A DNA stretch of 63,980 nt, the filler included, from Dimargaris cristalligena (taxonomy: Eukaryota), in the NCBI GenBank assembly GCA_003614675.1. It is 3 parts of 3 records of this genome, joined end to end, with 100 filler letters (N's around TTAATTAATTAA, not from the genome) between each part and the next. Parts side by side here need not be neighbours in the genome. Positions count along the whole stretch, not along the records: positions 23,348 to 46,575 come from ML002615.1; 2 more parts are not named here. The stretch is one strand, 5' to 3'. The position numbers were made by a program, and so were the translations under genes. Numbering within the stretch: the stretch's first letter is position 1; each line of letters opens with the position of its first letter. Positions 24,232 to 37,023 of the stretch are shown piece after piece. The notes below the pieces were generated by a model. That model did no database searches and was not told the DNA's origin. It was given only the letters and a program-made list of their open reading frames with translations.

Positions 24232-25962
24232 ACTCTTAGGGATGCAGGGGGTGTTTAGAAGCAAATGCCTTTTTAGGTGTTTAGGAGTTGTTGAGCGACT
24301 TCAATCCACTATCCCATTCGTTTCTTTGATTCCTGACTGTTGTCCCTTGATTTTATACCGATTGACTACTTTACCATTGTTTTTACCTATCCCTATTCTT
24401 TTTACCGATTATTGTTGGAGGTCGACCATATTATTCAGCTGCCATCGATACGTTTGTTAACCAAATACTACTATTAATATAAAAAGGCAATTGTTGCACA
24501 GAGTCGTCATAATATCGGTGGAATCAGGTCCAACTATATAAAGTTTTAAATGGTATGTGTATGGGCAAATAGGTGGGAGGTTTATGGTTAACCAATAATA
24601 TTTGCCTCGTCCAACGAACGGACTATTGGTTCTATAGCTAGGTTGAACCTCCCCCATATGTATTGCCAGCCATATACTTAATTTTATTACAAATGTGGTT
24701 CACATAGGTAGGATATAACCATAGTAATAACCCCAGTTCTTGTTTTTATTGGCGTTTTGGGGTTTGGCCCTATGTTGGTCAGAAGCATGGAGTACTCGGT
24801 ATACATGGTAAGTTAGGGCGGTGTTTAGGTTGTTCTGAAGCACTGGGTCAATTCGAAGTGCTGGTTTTTAGCCAAAGTTTTTCGAGGGGTAACTTTCTAC
24901 GAATACTTGGCCTTTTCTATAATTGGCCGAATTATCCGGGGCTTTGAATGGAAAGCGTCGACTAGGCCAGCTGGTATACCACGGATATACGAAACAACTT
25001 GGATTTTCGCAGGTGATGGGGGCTCTATATTGGGTAGCCATACGGATAGCGGCAGGAGGCTGGGGATAGCATTTTCGGACGGTAATGCGCAACCCATTGG
25101 AGAAAAGGACCATGGTCCCAGATGGACGGTTCCCCCCCCCCTTTACTCATTCTAAGAACTGGAAAAATGTAGAAGCGGACCGGGGCGAACATTTTTGCCA
25201 ATTAGCTATGGGCCTATGTTGCGCCGAGTGTCGCTTCCATTTCCTGTACCGTCTGGCTGTATGTCGGCTCAACTTTTATTCAAAGTCCGTATTTCGGCGC
25301 TACAAGAAAAAAACCTATAGGGAAAGAGGCTAGCGCGAGTTACTACACCAATATCAGCTACTTTTCCGCGCCAACATCTAGGAATAGTTGGCATAACTCC
25401 GCTCTGGTTTCAAATGCACCATTGGCCCAGCGCATTAGTCCCAGGCCAAATAGGACAAAGTCGCGGACTCTTACCCTAAGGGGCTTGGCATTTCGCCTCG
25501 ACTCTCGCCTTATTTTATCGGGCTATAATTTAGCCAAAATTGCTGGGGAAGGGGCATCTAAAATTGGATATTTAAACCACTCTCGGCGACACGAGTGACC
25601 TTGCATTAAATCCTCCTATCGGTCCGACCCTTATTCTATATATTATTTCTCCTCGTTTGCCGACGGTAAGCTACCCATTTCCTACTGTTTTGTCATGACA
25701 TCCGTTACTGGCTTTGCTTTGAACAGGGTGTTCATTATATTCGGAGACCCAGTGTACTCGGCAGTGATTCGCATGTCACCAATCTCAATTCCTTTAGCCA
25801 GGAGTCGCCAACTCAACCCGCCCATATGAACATCTGGGTAACACGCTCCTTTCTTTAATGTACTAATTTAAAGACCGGTATATAACATCGTGTATTATTC
25901 TAACCCCCCATACGCCCGTTAGCTCCCACTAATTGTGGCACGGCTGCATCAGCCCAGTAACA

Positions 25963-26214
25963 ATGCAGCTACTCTGGTTACCAAGAACCGTCATCGGTGT
26001 CGCCGTCTTAATTTCATCCGTTCAACTTCAACCGCTCCAAGCCAAGAGGAATCCTACCACGGCTTTGTACCGACGACAGCCTGGAGAAGCTGTCGAGCTG
26101 GCCGGTGAACTGGCCGGCGAACTAACCAAACACCTGTCCATTGAGCACCTCGTGGATAAGGTCGTTGATAAAGGCCTTGAATTAACCGGTCATGGAGAAA
26201 AGAAGGATTGGTAA
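25963..26214 (+). CDS. Small secreted precursor (83 aa to first TAA) with LYRR site; frame stays open for 68 more codons to TAG 26421
   Basis: ACAATG start, hydrophobic VIGVAVLISSV, then KR and LYRR dibasic sites. Apparent 5'-UTR intron GTAAGC 25666..25922 TAG with CTAAC branch point at 25900. Confidence 0.6.
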   Translation: MQLLWLPRTVIGVAVLISSVQLQPLQAKRNPTTALYRRQPGEAVELAGELAGELTKHLSIEHLVDKVVDKGLELTGHGEKKDW

Positions 26215-27332
26215 ATAGGAGACAAAACCGCCCTCCACATCGTACAGGCCAACGGGTCCCCAAGCATGGCCAGCCAAGTCAACGATGAACATAAGGACAC
26301 AGGTCCAGGTACAGAAAATGACCAAGGCTGGAAAGTCCAACAATTGGAGATTAAACTTAGTCTTAACTATACTTTTTTAATACTAGGGTTCGTTTTCGAG
26401 GAGCATGTTCTCCATGTATAGCTTCACACTGCAACAGGCCACTTAGCTAATAGCATAACCATCGAAATTACCAGCAGGGTGGGAGTTTTAGCACCTATCG
26501 GTTGTTATTAAAACTAACTGCTCCCATCGCCTCCTAACCAAGGGAATTTTCTTTCTATAGCAATTCCCTTATCAATAAACAGTATATACCACGTACCCAT
26601 TCCCCCCTTTACTGACCCTACTAGTCCGTTATAGTACATATAGAAATTCAGACCGCCCAGTCAATAATAATATGGGAGACGTTCAGCTTAGTTGTGTATT
26701 TTAACTGATATGTGCATGGGAAAATCGGTGGGATATTTAATTCCAACCAGTAGTATTTGCCTCATCAAAAGGATTTTTCGTTATACAGCCTTGTTGAACA
26801 ATTCCCATATAGTCACAGTGAATACACGGCGTATTGATAAAGCCATGCTGGCCATTACGGTGAAGCCATCCTGCCTGTGCACTATCTCCCTCAACGGGGA
26901 TTGGACTGAATAAGCGGTTACCAATATAATTATGAGAGAATTTAGTGGGAGGTATGAGACCTGGCCAAGGTGATATGTAATATGGGTTATAATAACACGG
27001 GCGGGAAATTTAAAGAATTAATATTGTTAAACATTGAAGGAGCCAAGGGAACTAAAGCAGCAACAGAAGCCGTCAGGGACCAATCTCGACACAGCCCCTA
27101 GTGTTGTCCATTCGGGAAAATGGAATATATTGCAAAAATTTTCCTTCAACATGGGGAGTTGCGGTATTAATGGGTATTTATAAGTTTGGGATTAAAAGGG
27201 ATTGGTGAGAATAGTCATAAGAGTACGTCCCCGGCTTTTGCGGGATACTTCAAATCAATCACAAAGACCACCCTCCACCAACTGCCCTACATTTTTTTTA
27301 AGTAAAAAAAAATAATCTACACATCCAGGTGG

Positions 27333-29369
27333 CTACGTCTCGACCGATAACTGGCTCATGCGTTCGGAGAGATCCACATCCTTGAGTTCGTGGCGCCAAA
27401 ACAAACTCGCCCAATATTTAAGATAGCTTGTATCGGGTTTTAGTACGCCGTCAGTCTGCGATTGATCCGCCTCAGCATCGTAGAGGGGATTGGTAAAGGA
27501 GCACCGTCGGGATAAAAAGTAGGACCACACCGAATGGGTCCGGGTGGGGGACTTGAAGACCTGGTTCCGCTCCCGTTCTGAATTCCCCAGGAAGGACCCG
27601 AACTGACACGAATAGACGTGGTAGTGGAGTTTGAGTAAGAAGTCCTCGTTAAACTCGAACCGTCGGGGGAACTGGGTCCACAATTGGTAGACGCAGTCTA
27701 GGAACTGTTGGAATACGGGCGAGGTCTCGTGTTCATGGGATGATTTGAGAAACCGGTTATGCATACTGCTAAAGGTATTGGCGGCCGCATTGGCACTGAG
27801 CGAGACAAAGTACCGTTCGTGGGACAGGTGGCCGCAGCGATCCCGGAACTTATGGCCAAAGGAGACCCATTCCTTTTCGACCAAAACGGCAAACCCTTCT
27901 AGGGTGCGATAGTAAGGATCCAGGCAAAGGGCGGAGATGGAGGTCAGCTGGGCGGTCCGATCCCACCCATCGGAGCAGTGCACCAGCGCGTGGGCATTAT
28001 CATCATGGATGGTACGGATAATCGAACTGCACCCGTCCAGAATATGGGCAATATGTTTTAGCCATTGCGATCGGGCCAGTTGCTGCTTATTGATGGTATC
28101 GGTCATATTGGCCTCCTGGACCGCGTCGACTAGCCGGGCGAGACTTTCGCGCATAACATGGATATTGGCAATGTCCATGTACTCTTTGCGGCAGTTTTTG
28201 TAATTTTCCACACTCTCGGTACCCGCGCCCACGGCCATATTTACTACTGCGTTGGTGGTGGGACGGGCGTCGACAATCATATTGGAATTACGGGCCGGTG
28301 GGGTGGCGGCGGCTGTGGTGGGCATGGAAAAAATAGATTCAATTAATTTCTCGTCCTGGATGGAGCGGTTCTGTTTGAGACCCACCATGGGCTGGCTGGA
28401 CCGGGTCATGGTGGCCAGGTTGGTCCGGTGGATGTAACTTAATACGGGGAATCGCTTTTTACTCCGGAATTTGGCGGCGTATTGAATGACCCGGTCGCTG
28501 ATTTTGGCCGGGACGGCTAATACGTGGGGGTACGTCGCACACAGTTCGTAGTCGCGGTTAACTTCGGTGATGCGCCAACGGCTTTCAAGGGCATCGACCC
28601 CCTGGCGCCGGAACTCCCGGGCGGCATCGTAGATCTGCCAGCCCTGATCGTAGGTAAAAGGTGGCCGAGGCTGGTAAACAAAGGCATATAATTGTTCCAC
28701 CGAATCTAGAAATGGGTGAATGTACGGGTGAGGAGAGTTGGAGGAATTGTCCCCATTGATAAGGGGTGTGAATGTTAGGATAAAGGGTGCCTATTGGAAT
28801 GTAGTTTCAGCAGTGCGCCACAGTCGGCCAAATAGAGTTGGGCGGCTAGACTTTGGGAGTCTAATGACAGTAGGTATCCCAACCCCATCCTGTATAAATC
28901 GATATCACTTACTAATGCATGTGAGCTTCTGGATGGACAGGAAGACGTCCCGTAAATCGGACTCCTGCTCAAAGAATAGGGTCAGGAAGACAAAGTTACG
29001 ACACCTAATGGACAGTGAGGCGTGTGGGATAGTGTTACTGGCGGGCTGGAGTTCAACGCAGTGTATCATGGGGAAACAGACCCAGAGTTCCTCGCCGGGC
29101 TGTACAAAGATCAGGTGGTGGGTCGTCAGATGAAGCGTGGCGATGGACCTGGCATTGCCCCGGAGTAGGCGAACACGTTCGACCTGGTCAAGAGTAGGGT
29201 GAATTCAAGGGGCAACCAATAGAGTATAGGGTTTAGAGGGGTGGTGGTTGGCCTGGAGGTCGCATATAAGCCCGTCGTCGAGGAAATGTCCAAAGGGGGA
29301 CGGGTCCTGACCCCCCAACAGAGCATGGGGCGAGGGTGCACGTACCTTGGTTACTTTGATGAGGTCCAT
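27333..29369 (-). CDS. YMR1: Myotubularin-family phosphoinositide 3-phosphatase (Ymr1/MTMR6-8-like), 3 exons (29369-29346, 29183-28913, 28705-27333)
   Basis: Catalytic VHCSDGWDRTAQ (CX5R), plus RSSQPMVG, IVDARP, EKEWVSFGHKF and SPVFQQFLDCV. The N-terminal GRAM-like exon (TLHLTTHHLIF) joins in phase through GT-AG introns. Confidence 0.94.
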
Positions 29370-29585
29370 GGGATCAGCAGGAAAATAATGAAAGACGGAA
29401 AACGACAGGATGGTCAGTCCAGAAAATAGGCATAAGAGACAAGGCAATGCAATGGACAGTGTCGGGTATTGTACAGGAAAGCAAGGAATGTCAAGGAAGA
29501 GGCTCTGACGGCTGATAAAACTTCGGGCAGACAGTTCAGGGAAGGCCGAAGACTACCAAAGTAGAGAGGGAAATAGCAGAGGGGC

Positions 29586-29636
29586 ACATATACACACACA
29601 TACTCTCTCGTTCTCTCTTTCTCTTTCTCTCTCCCT
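29586..29636. repeat. (CA)n and (CT)n microsatellite-like tract upstream of the myotubularin gene
   Basis: acatatacacacacatactctctcgttctctctttctctttctctctccc. Confidence 0.6.
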
Positions 29637-30187
29637 CAACCTACAGACAGGAGTGCCCACTTGACACGACCACCATCTTCTCCTCTATTCCGGCCAAAAA
29701 CCTGGTTCGAATGGCGTTTATTGAACATTAATGTGGTCTACCCAGGTTCGTTGGACTATGCAGAACCCCTGAACATTGTCCCTGTGACCCAACGCACGGG
29801 ATGCGGCCACGGGCAGTAGTCTTGCCGCGTTCATCCACATTCCACTAGTGTCGGGCGAAGGGTACTTTAGGGGAAAGCCATGGTGAGGTAAACCGGCCCA
29901 TAATGAACTCGATAACGGAACTGCATACTATATCCACTATACCCGCGTGAAGCGCCATCTCTCTCCCTCTACACCCATTGAATTTGGGTGCCTATCTCTC
30001 CCCCGCCATACTAACTAGGAAATTGACTAAAAAGATTTTATCTAAATCGGTTAAACTTGCGAAATATTGTTACAGAACGGCCAAGGTCAGCGGAATGATG
30101 ACACAGATGGGACATCACACCCAGCTACACATTCACCGAATGGAAAGCAGCCCAAACTGATCAGCAGGCACGAACATATGTCGACAT

Positions 30188-31289
30188 TTAGCATGTCTGG
30201 TCAAGCCTGAGCTGTCGTCGGACCAAGTATCGCTCCCGAGCTGCCGCGATCGAAGCCTCATCATTGCGTCGTTGTAGACTGGCCAACAAAGCCGGGCTTA
30301 GATGAGATGTGTCGCTGGAGCTCGGTCCGTGACCGCCCGGAGGTTGGCTGCCCTTCCGCTCGTTAAAGGACGACAGTCCGGCGGTACGATGAGCACCCGT
30401 GTCCCGGTTACTGGAGAAGCGGGAAGGACCACGGGGTCGGCCCGCGCCAGCTGACTGTGGGGCTACGACTAGTTTCTTCTTGGGTATAATATTCAAGCCT
30501 GGCTTAAGGAGTTGCCGTTTATCCACTACCTGTTGGTCGTCATTAAGGACCACCTCTTCCCCCCGTTTAATCGCATCGTGAATCAATCCTTGGACATCGT
30601 CGGATCCAGTGTCCGATTTCGCTGAAGACTGGTTGGTAGTACTGGTCGTATCACGTTTGCCGAGGACTCCTGCCTGTACGACGGCTCGGTGGTCATCAGT
30701 CGACCGTTCAATAAATTGCCGGTAGAGTCCAGCGCCCTCCAGGCGTTGGCGGTCCCGGATATCCCGCTCCTGCTGCCGCTGTTCCTCCTGGTTTTTATCT
30801 TGGAGGGTCCCCTTGTGTTTTTTATAGCCACCGGTCACAAATACTTCCTTGTCGCCAAATTGTTCATCGTCGATGCCCTGCTGCTCTAGAATACGTCGTT
30901 CCCGGACCACCGCGTGGTCCTCTTTCCGCTGTTGGGCCACTTTGATCAGATTCTCGATGTAACGGGGCTGGTGCGAAGCATCGTGGATTGGAATTCATAA
31001 TACATGACCTAGATTAAAAAGCGCGCTTTGGAAAAAATCTAGTAGTAGGACCACCGGTAATGGCGGAAAACACCCTGTCCGGTGGGGGTCGCCCAATCAG
31101 CAAGACAGGGACATTCAAGTTTAGACTTACCTTATTCTTCGAGGCACTGGTCATGCGTTGAGCCTTGGCCCGATCTTTGGCCTCCTTCATGGCGTCAAAG
31201 ACCTCATCGTAGGCGTAAATCGAAGGGTCTACTGTTTCGGTGGCAGGTCCGGGTTTCGAGGAAGCGGGTAAATGGGGGGCGCGTTTCAT
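30188..31289 (-). CDS. NSRP1: Nuclear speckle splicing regulator NSRP1/CCDC55 (DUF2040) homolog, 2 exons (31289-31131, 30967-30188)
   Basis: VDPSIYAYDEVFDAMK, K|PRYIENLIKVAQQRK, FGDKEVFVTGGYKK and C-terminal SIAAARERYLVR. Intron GTAAGT 31130..30968 CAG. Start codon uncertain. Confidence 0.85.
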
Positions 31290-31862
31290 TATTACAATAA
31301 ATTTGGATGTAATAAAAAGGAAAAAAGATAGTGCAAAGCTCGGTCTTTCCAAATGGGTTAAAGGTGAGCTAAACAAAATGCCGATAGCAATGGTAGGGAA
31401 AGACGAAAAGCTGGGTCATCGCGGAAATAGTTTCGGGTATGAGTAGACCGTATGGGCTTAAGAGAATGAATCAGAGTGCCAAATTATGGAAGGTCTCATT
31501 GACTCTCCTCTGCTGCATAAACTTTTCATAAACATGGTCAGTATGGCCAATATAGGCGTAAATGGAGTGTGAAGCCATCCACTCTTTTAGGTTCTTCCTA
31601 ATATAAGGTGAGGGGATATTAGATATTTTATTGTACTCTATAACTACAAAAGCCCGCGCACAGTATCTGATTACATAAATATAATACCTGGCCAATAACC
31701 CTAGGTTGTCCAGGGTTTCTGAAATGACCTTGTAAAAAAAACGATGTGAGAATGGGGCCAAAACCCAGCAAATTTAATACTGAAGCGGTCAGGGTTGCGA
31801 TCATTTGTGGTGGGCCGCGCGTACACCACCAACAGTGTTGCAATCACCTGGTCTCGTCGGCA

Positions 31863-33399
31863 TTACGCTTCATCGAATGCCTCGTACTATATAACGCGGT
31901 CCGGAATAATGGTGCCAGATTAATTATAAAAACAAAATGCTGAGAATTGACGGCGCATTTTGAACTGACGGGCTTTGCAACGTAGAAACGGAGCCAGCCG
32001 CCTTAATATAGGAGTCAAAAGCACAATCCAGTCGGTTCCCGCTAAATGATCTAAAGTAATAAAAATAAGTACCTCGTTATCGTTATCACGGTCGGTTCGT
32101 CCAATTTGGTGACGAGCAACCTTGCGTTCCAGGATTCGGTCGGGCTTCAGATCAGCCAAAGATATTGAGCGACTGCAACCTATTGGGTGAAGATAAAAAA
32201 GGATGGAGGAGGGATATAGCCAAATGTGACATTGGTATTTAGCCGTTGAGCAGATCATAAATGGTCAAGTTTGGTTAACAAGATCAGGTCTATGTCGCTT
32301 AGTCGATGAATTTAGAGCGGAATGCCAAATTCGGTGGTCACCCGTGTAGATATCTCGAGTTTACAGGCAAATAAATCTAATAGACATGGTCATACCTGAA
32401 ACAGGACAGGGGGTGGGTGAGCTTGACTGTCGGATATAGTCCATGATGGCATGCTTGGAAAAGCTGTGCTTGCAAACGGTGCTGTTGGTAGTATGCAAAT
32501 GATAAAATATAAAGGCGGCAAATCGGGGTTTCCCAGGGAGGGGGAAGGGTGAGATTAGTAACTGGACCCTAACATGTTGGACTAAGCATTTTTACCTTGT
32601 AAATAAAGGAGATAAATATGCATTGGTGCGTATTATACGGTGGCGCTGTAGAGATAAGTTAGTATGCGACAGTACTAACCTTTTTACGGGTTCTTCAAAG
32701 AGCTGGCAGGTTAGTGGGCAGTTCAGCGAGACCACTTGGGTATTCATAATTAGTTCGTCATCACTTGCATCCTCGAAAAGGGCGGGCATAGGTTCGTCGT
32801 GGTTGACCTCCTAAGATTTGTAAAGGGTAAATGCAATAGCCAAATGAACACAGCATGTAAATCCAATGCGTCAAACTACAAAGTGCCGCACCCTCGAGTT
32901 GGAGGGGGGGGTTTAACCGCCATGCGGGGGGCAATCCACAAGTCGCCCCAAACCGGGCCTTGTAAACAGTAATGGGGCTCCTCTTCTAACTTACCCAGAG
33001 ACGCTCCCGGAACTCGCGGTAGGCATCATTTCGACCGTACTTGTCCCCGTCGGAGTATTCATTGGACCACTTAGACCACTCCTTAGCATTCATACTTTCG
33101 TAGTACTCCACCCAGTTGGCCTCGGCCGCATGACCCTCGGAGAGAATCTGATTCCGCAGGTCGGCCAAGGTACTCTTTTCGATGACAAGGCGGGCCTGAA
33201 GGTCAATGAAGGACCGCATGGTGGCCTCCAGTTCCTGGACTTGCGCATCCTCTTCCGCTTCTTCTAGGTCAATCGCCGCATCGGTACAGGCGGCAATGGC
33301 CCGAAGGATCTTGTCCTGCATGTCCTCCGTGCTAAGCACGAGTTGGCTAAGTTTGCTGGCCACGGGAACGCTACCCGACAGTTGGGAGGAGCGGGACAT
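31863..33399 (-). CDS. NSE2: SMC5/6 SUMO E3 ligase Nse2/Mms21 (SP-RING), 5 exons
   Basis: Spliced SP-RING SLNCPLTCQLFEEPVK|STVCKHSFSKHAIMDYI...CPVS|GCSRSISLADLKPD, preceded by DDELIM and an N-terminal helical region. The last micro-exon YEAFDEA* is tentative. Confidence 0.88.
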
Positions 33400-34040
33400 G
33401 GTCGGGGGAATGCGTGGCAGGGTGCAAGTAGAGGCAATGTAGGATAAGCAAATGGTATGCGTAGGAAGACACAGAGTAGGGGACTGGACAGGAATGGGAT
33501 TTGGATAACCCTTCCGAAAGACTAATTAGTATAAGTGCAGCCAGCTTCGGGTGATAAAAAACGGACTATGCTAATGCATAATGCAAATAACTAAAGTAAA
33601 CGTAGTCCATAGTCGCATAAAACCAATCCACCCGCTCTTGTTTCCTGTTATTATTACCAAGCACACCCAATAGAATAGTGCTGCAGTTGTGTTTGAACTA
33701 GGAGATGTCACATCCAACGAATTATTGATGAACTGCCCACAAACAGGCAATATGTAGGAGATTCAACAAGGTTGTAGAATAAAAATCTATTGGATGGGGC
33801 AAATGCTACTATATAAAAACTCATAATCCGCTTATTTTCTTATACACATTTCATTTAAAACATGGCTGGGTCGAATTTCGACCATATATACAATAGTATC
33901 ATTATTTCATTTTAACCACTTCAAATGAACCCTACTGACCTCCAACTCCAAGCTTCCATTCAATACGATTTTATTGGTACAAGACCAGTTCAGACGTGCT
34001 GTATAGTAAGTCATATGATCGATAAAATAGGGTTTACCGT

Positions 34041-35460
34041 TTAGAAACCATCTTCCCAAGTATCCCAATCACCCCAATAATGACGGCCCCCTCTCATAGC
34101 AGGTGCCTCGTTGGCCCTTTTTGGTGGTTTAGTTTTACCATGTGCGCTCTCAATGTTTTTAGCATCTTGGCTGGGGAGGCTGAATGTCAGTTGGCATTCC
34201 ATCGCATCCAAAATAACTTCCCGACTCTCCTCAATAGGAAGGTTTGGCTTTAAGAGGTGGCCGGCCTGAGGAAATTCATCAAAGAAACATCCCGAGGTAA
34301 AGCTTGACGCCCAATCAGCCATTATAGTGCGACGCATTTATTTCTTGTCGGCCCCAGCTATTCTGAAACGCCATCTAGACAATTGGTCATGGAATTCCTG
34401 TAGGCCTTCGGGTAGTAGAAATGAATGAGGTACCACATTTATTAAAACATTGGCGGCGGCGGCGGCGGCGGGTTGGTTGAACCAAAAGGCCCACATAACC
34501 GACGTGAAAATCTGCATGGGAGTTAGGGAAAATGCCCAACCAGTTTCAAACAATGTTCCTGGGTCACGATCATGCCCCTCAACCGCCATCATTTTAACCG
34601 ATCCATTCAACTGGGCTCGCCAAGCCGCTACGACCCAGTCACCCTTGGCACTGGTAGTAGAGCCCGCTGTTGTTTGCCTATTTGGATAGGTATTTTGGAC
34701 CGTATTTTGAAGGATATTAAATAGGTACATTGCCACATAGAAATAGTCCAAGCAAAAGAGTCCGGGGAAAACGCTGTGCTTAAAGGCAGTCGTGGCTACT
34801 TCCGTCCCATCAATCTTCTCCGAAGCATACGGAATTTCATTTCCGAGAATGTAGCCATTGATTAATTGCCTGACCTTCAACGTGGGGATATCGCCAAGAA
34901 AGTACTGGATTTCCTCGCAAGCATCGTCCATTAGCCCGGGCTGACGAACGTAGTTCCAGAAATGAGCTTGCATCTATCGGGTAGGTGAATTCAAGGCAAA
35001 GTGTATGTACATGTACATTGGAGCCGCGGTTGGTTAGAATGGCTGGATAGCACTATTTAAATTATGTATACCTGTGTTTGATACCAACCATACTTTTCAT
35101 ACCGGGAGCTAGACAATTACAGGGGGTTAAACTTATCTCTTCAGTGATTTCATCGGCTTCCTGGATTTCATTCAATATATCACTCATCTGACCTTCAAGC
35201 AGCACGCCCTGGCCCTCTTGGGCTTCCTGGAGGGGTTGGACAGAGGCCGCAGATTACCGACGTACGAGTTGCGTGAATGTGGTATCGCTGTCACCGTCAG
35301 TTGGACGATGCCCATTGACAGCATCGAGTACGCTGGGTTGGGGCTGTTCAATTGGGTGGCGGGAAGGATGCTCACGGTCCAAAACCGGGGAGCCAAATAG
35401 AGTCGGGGTCAGCAAGCCGATGGCTGGTAACGCAAGCAGGAAGTAGGTCAACTTAAACAT
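34041..35460 (-). pseudogene. Interrupted lineage-specific secreted protein gene (~418 codons reconstructed) with two in-frame TAA and a probable GT>AT donor lesion
   Basis: Signal peptide MFKLTYFLLALPAIGLL, then LVRR-TAA (35256-35254) and 39 more in-frame sense codons. ATAAGT at 35136 lies in phase with acceptor TAG|ATG at 34974/34973. A 211-aa frame follows, then TAA (34340-34338) and immediately an in-frame 98-aa ORF. TATAAAA at 35603-35597. Confidence 0.6.
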
Positions 35461-37023
35461 AGCTTAGTAAATTTACCTTGGAATAGCTAGGCTATACTTA
35501 ATAATAAGGAGAGAGTAAGGGGGGTAGACTAAAATGTAAAATCCAGAGAGAGTGCGGGATACGAATGAAGATGAAATGGGAGGGCTATAGCTATGCTTTT
35601 ATATTGGCAGAGGATGCCCAGTTTATTCGGGGCTGCTTAGATTTAGTGCTCGTCAAAAAGGGGACCTGGAGGGCTCTTCAACAAAAAAAGATAATACTCC
35701 CCCACTCTATTATCCACAGAGGGACATAGCCATGTGCACTGTTATACCCCAAACATACCCAAGCCCAATATATTAATATGGTTCCAACTACATAGTACAA
35801 GCAAAACCCCCCTCGGCTATTTTTGTGCCAATGCCTACCTTTTCTTTTTAATAAATAAAGCCTTAAATTCTTCGAATTTGCGCCACCGGCCACCTACGAA
35901 GGGTCTTCGTATAACTTCCATATTACCGACCAACGACATTTCAGTATTGCCAGAGTATCTACACTACAGCAGACCCTCAAATGAAACACCCGCTGGGGTT
36001 AAAATCCGAGGACTCTCCCCGTACCGCCGTATCCCTTCCCTTTAAGTTCAGAAGATGCCCCAATATACAACAAAGGCATTCCTATATTCGCGTACTACTA
36101 TTAGTTAGGTAAGGGCGAGTTTGGTCCGTTTTTCACCACGAAATATAGGGGAGAAGGGGTAGTGCCCAGGCAGATTTTCCCTGTTCCGTTCCCCCAAGGC
36201 CCACTGGCTTTCCGAGTCCTATTACCTGGGCCACAGTCACTCGCACATTCATAGAGCTATATGTTTGTAAAACCTATTGTTTGATCCGGCGCGTTCTATG
36301 GATTGCACCCATGGCCCAAATTAACATCCAATGGGCCAAAAATAAAGTCGAGACTGGCAGTGCCGAGCCACTAAAATGGTGCGCAATGGATGGTCTGGGG
36401 CCTGTTGGTTTTATGGGCCGCCCTTTAGGGAAATTGGGCTTTATGCCGACCTAGGCAACAGAAGTTGCTGGATTGAAGCCAAAATGCCATGCTATGGGAG
36501 CAGCTCAATCCAGCCGGATAACATACCTTCGGTTCGAAGCAGTATCTTTTATGTGTGAAATGTAGTTTGTTCATATATTTTTCGATCCCGGTTACTTTCC
36601 AAATCTTATCCAGCCAACTCGCATTTCACCCATATATACAATTTGCCACTTCGGCTTTATCGTCATAAACTTAGATGCACGAGTCACCCCATTCACTATT
36701 CGTAGGGGTGCCCGGGGAGGCTGTTGGAATTGTCGAAGTATACCAGGAGGTTGCCCGCTATCTAAATAGCGCCATCTGCTAATTAAAATAATGTATATGT
36801 CTCTATTACAAGCCCTCCCCCAGCCCAAGGCATCGTGACAGCCGGTCCTGGCGGACGGTGGACATCTTGAGGGGTATAAACTAGGAACATGTAGTATATT
36901 TAATAATTCTTGGAATCAAAACAGCGAAAAGGGCCTATATACTGGCCATAATATTACAATAGATTATCAGTCGTGTAAAAAAAAGGGAGTTCTTTGGATT
37001 ATGGGTGGAAGGACTAACTATGG

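Noticed and set aside
34041-35460. Genome-wide reassignment of TAA to Gln to explain the in-frame stops
   Set aside because: Conserved genes in the window (DBP10, the sHSP, the subtilase, FAM172A, MTQ2) end at TAA at their expected C-termini, and no conserved gene contains an internal TAA.
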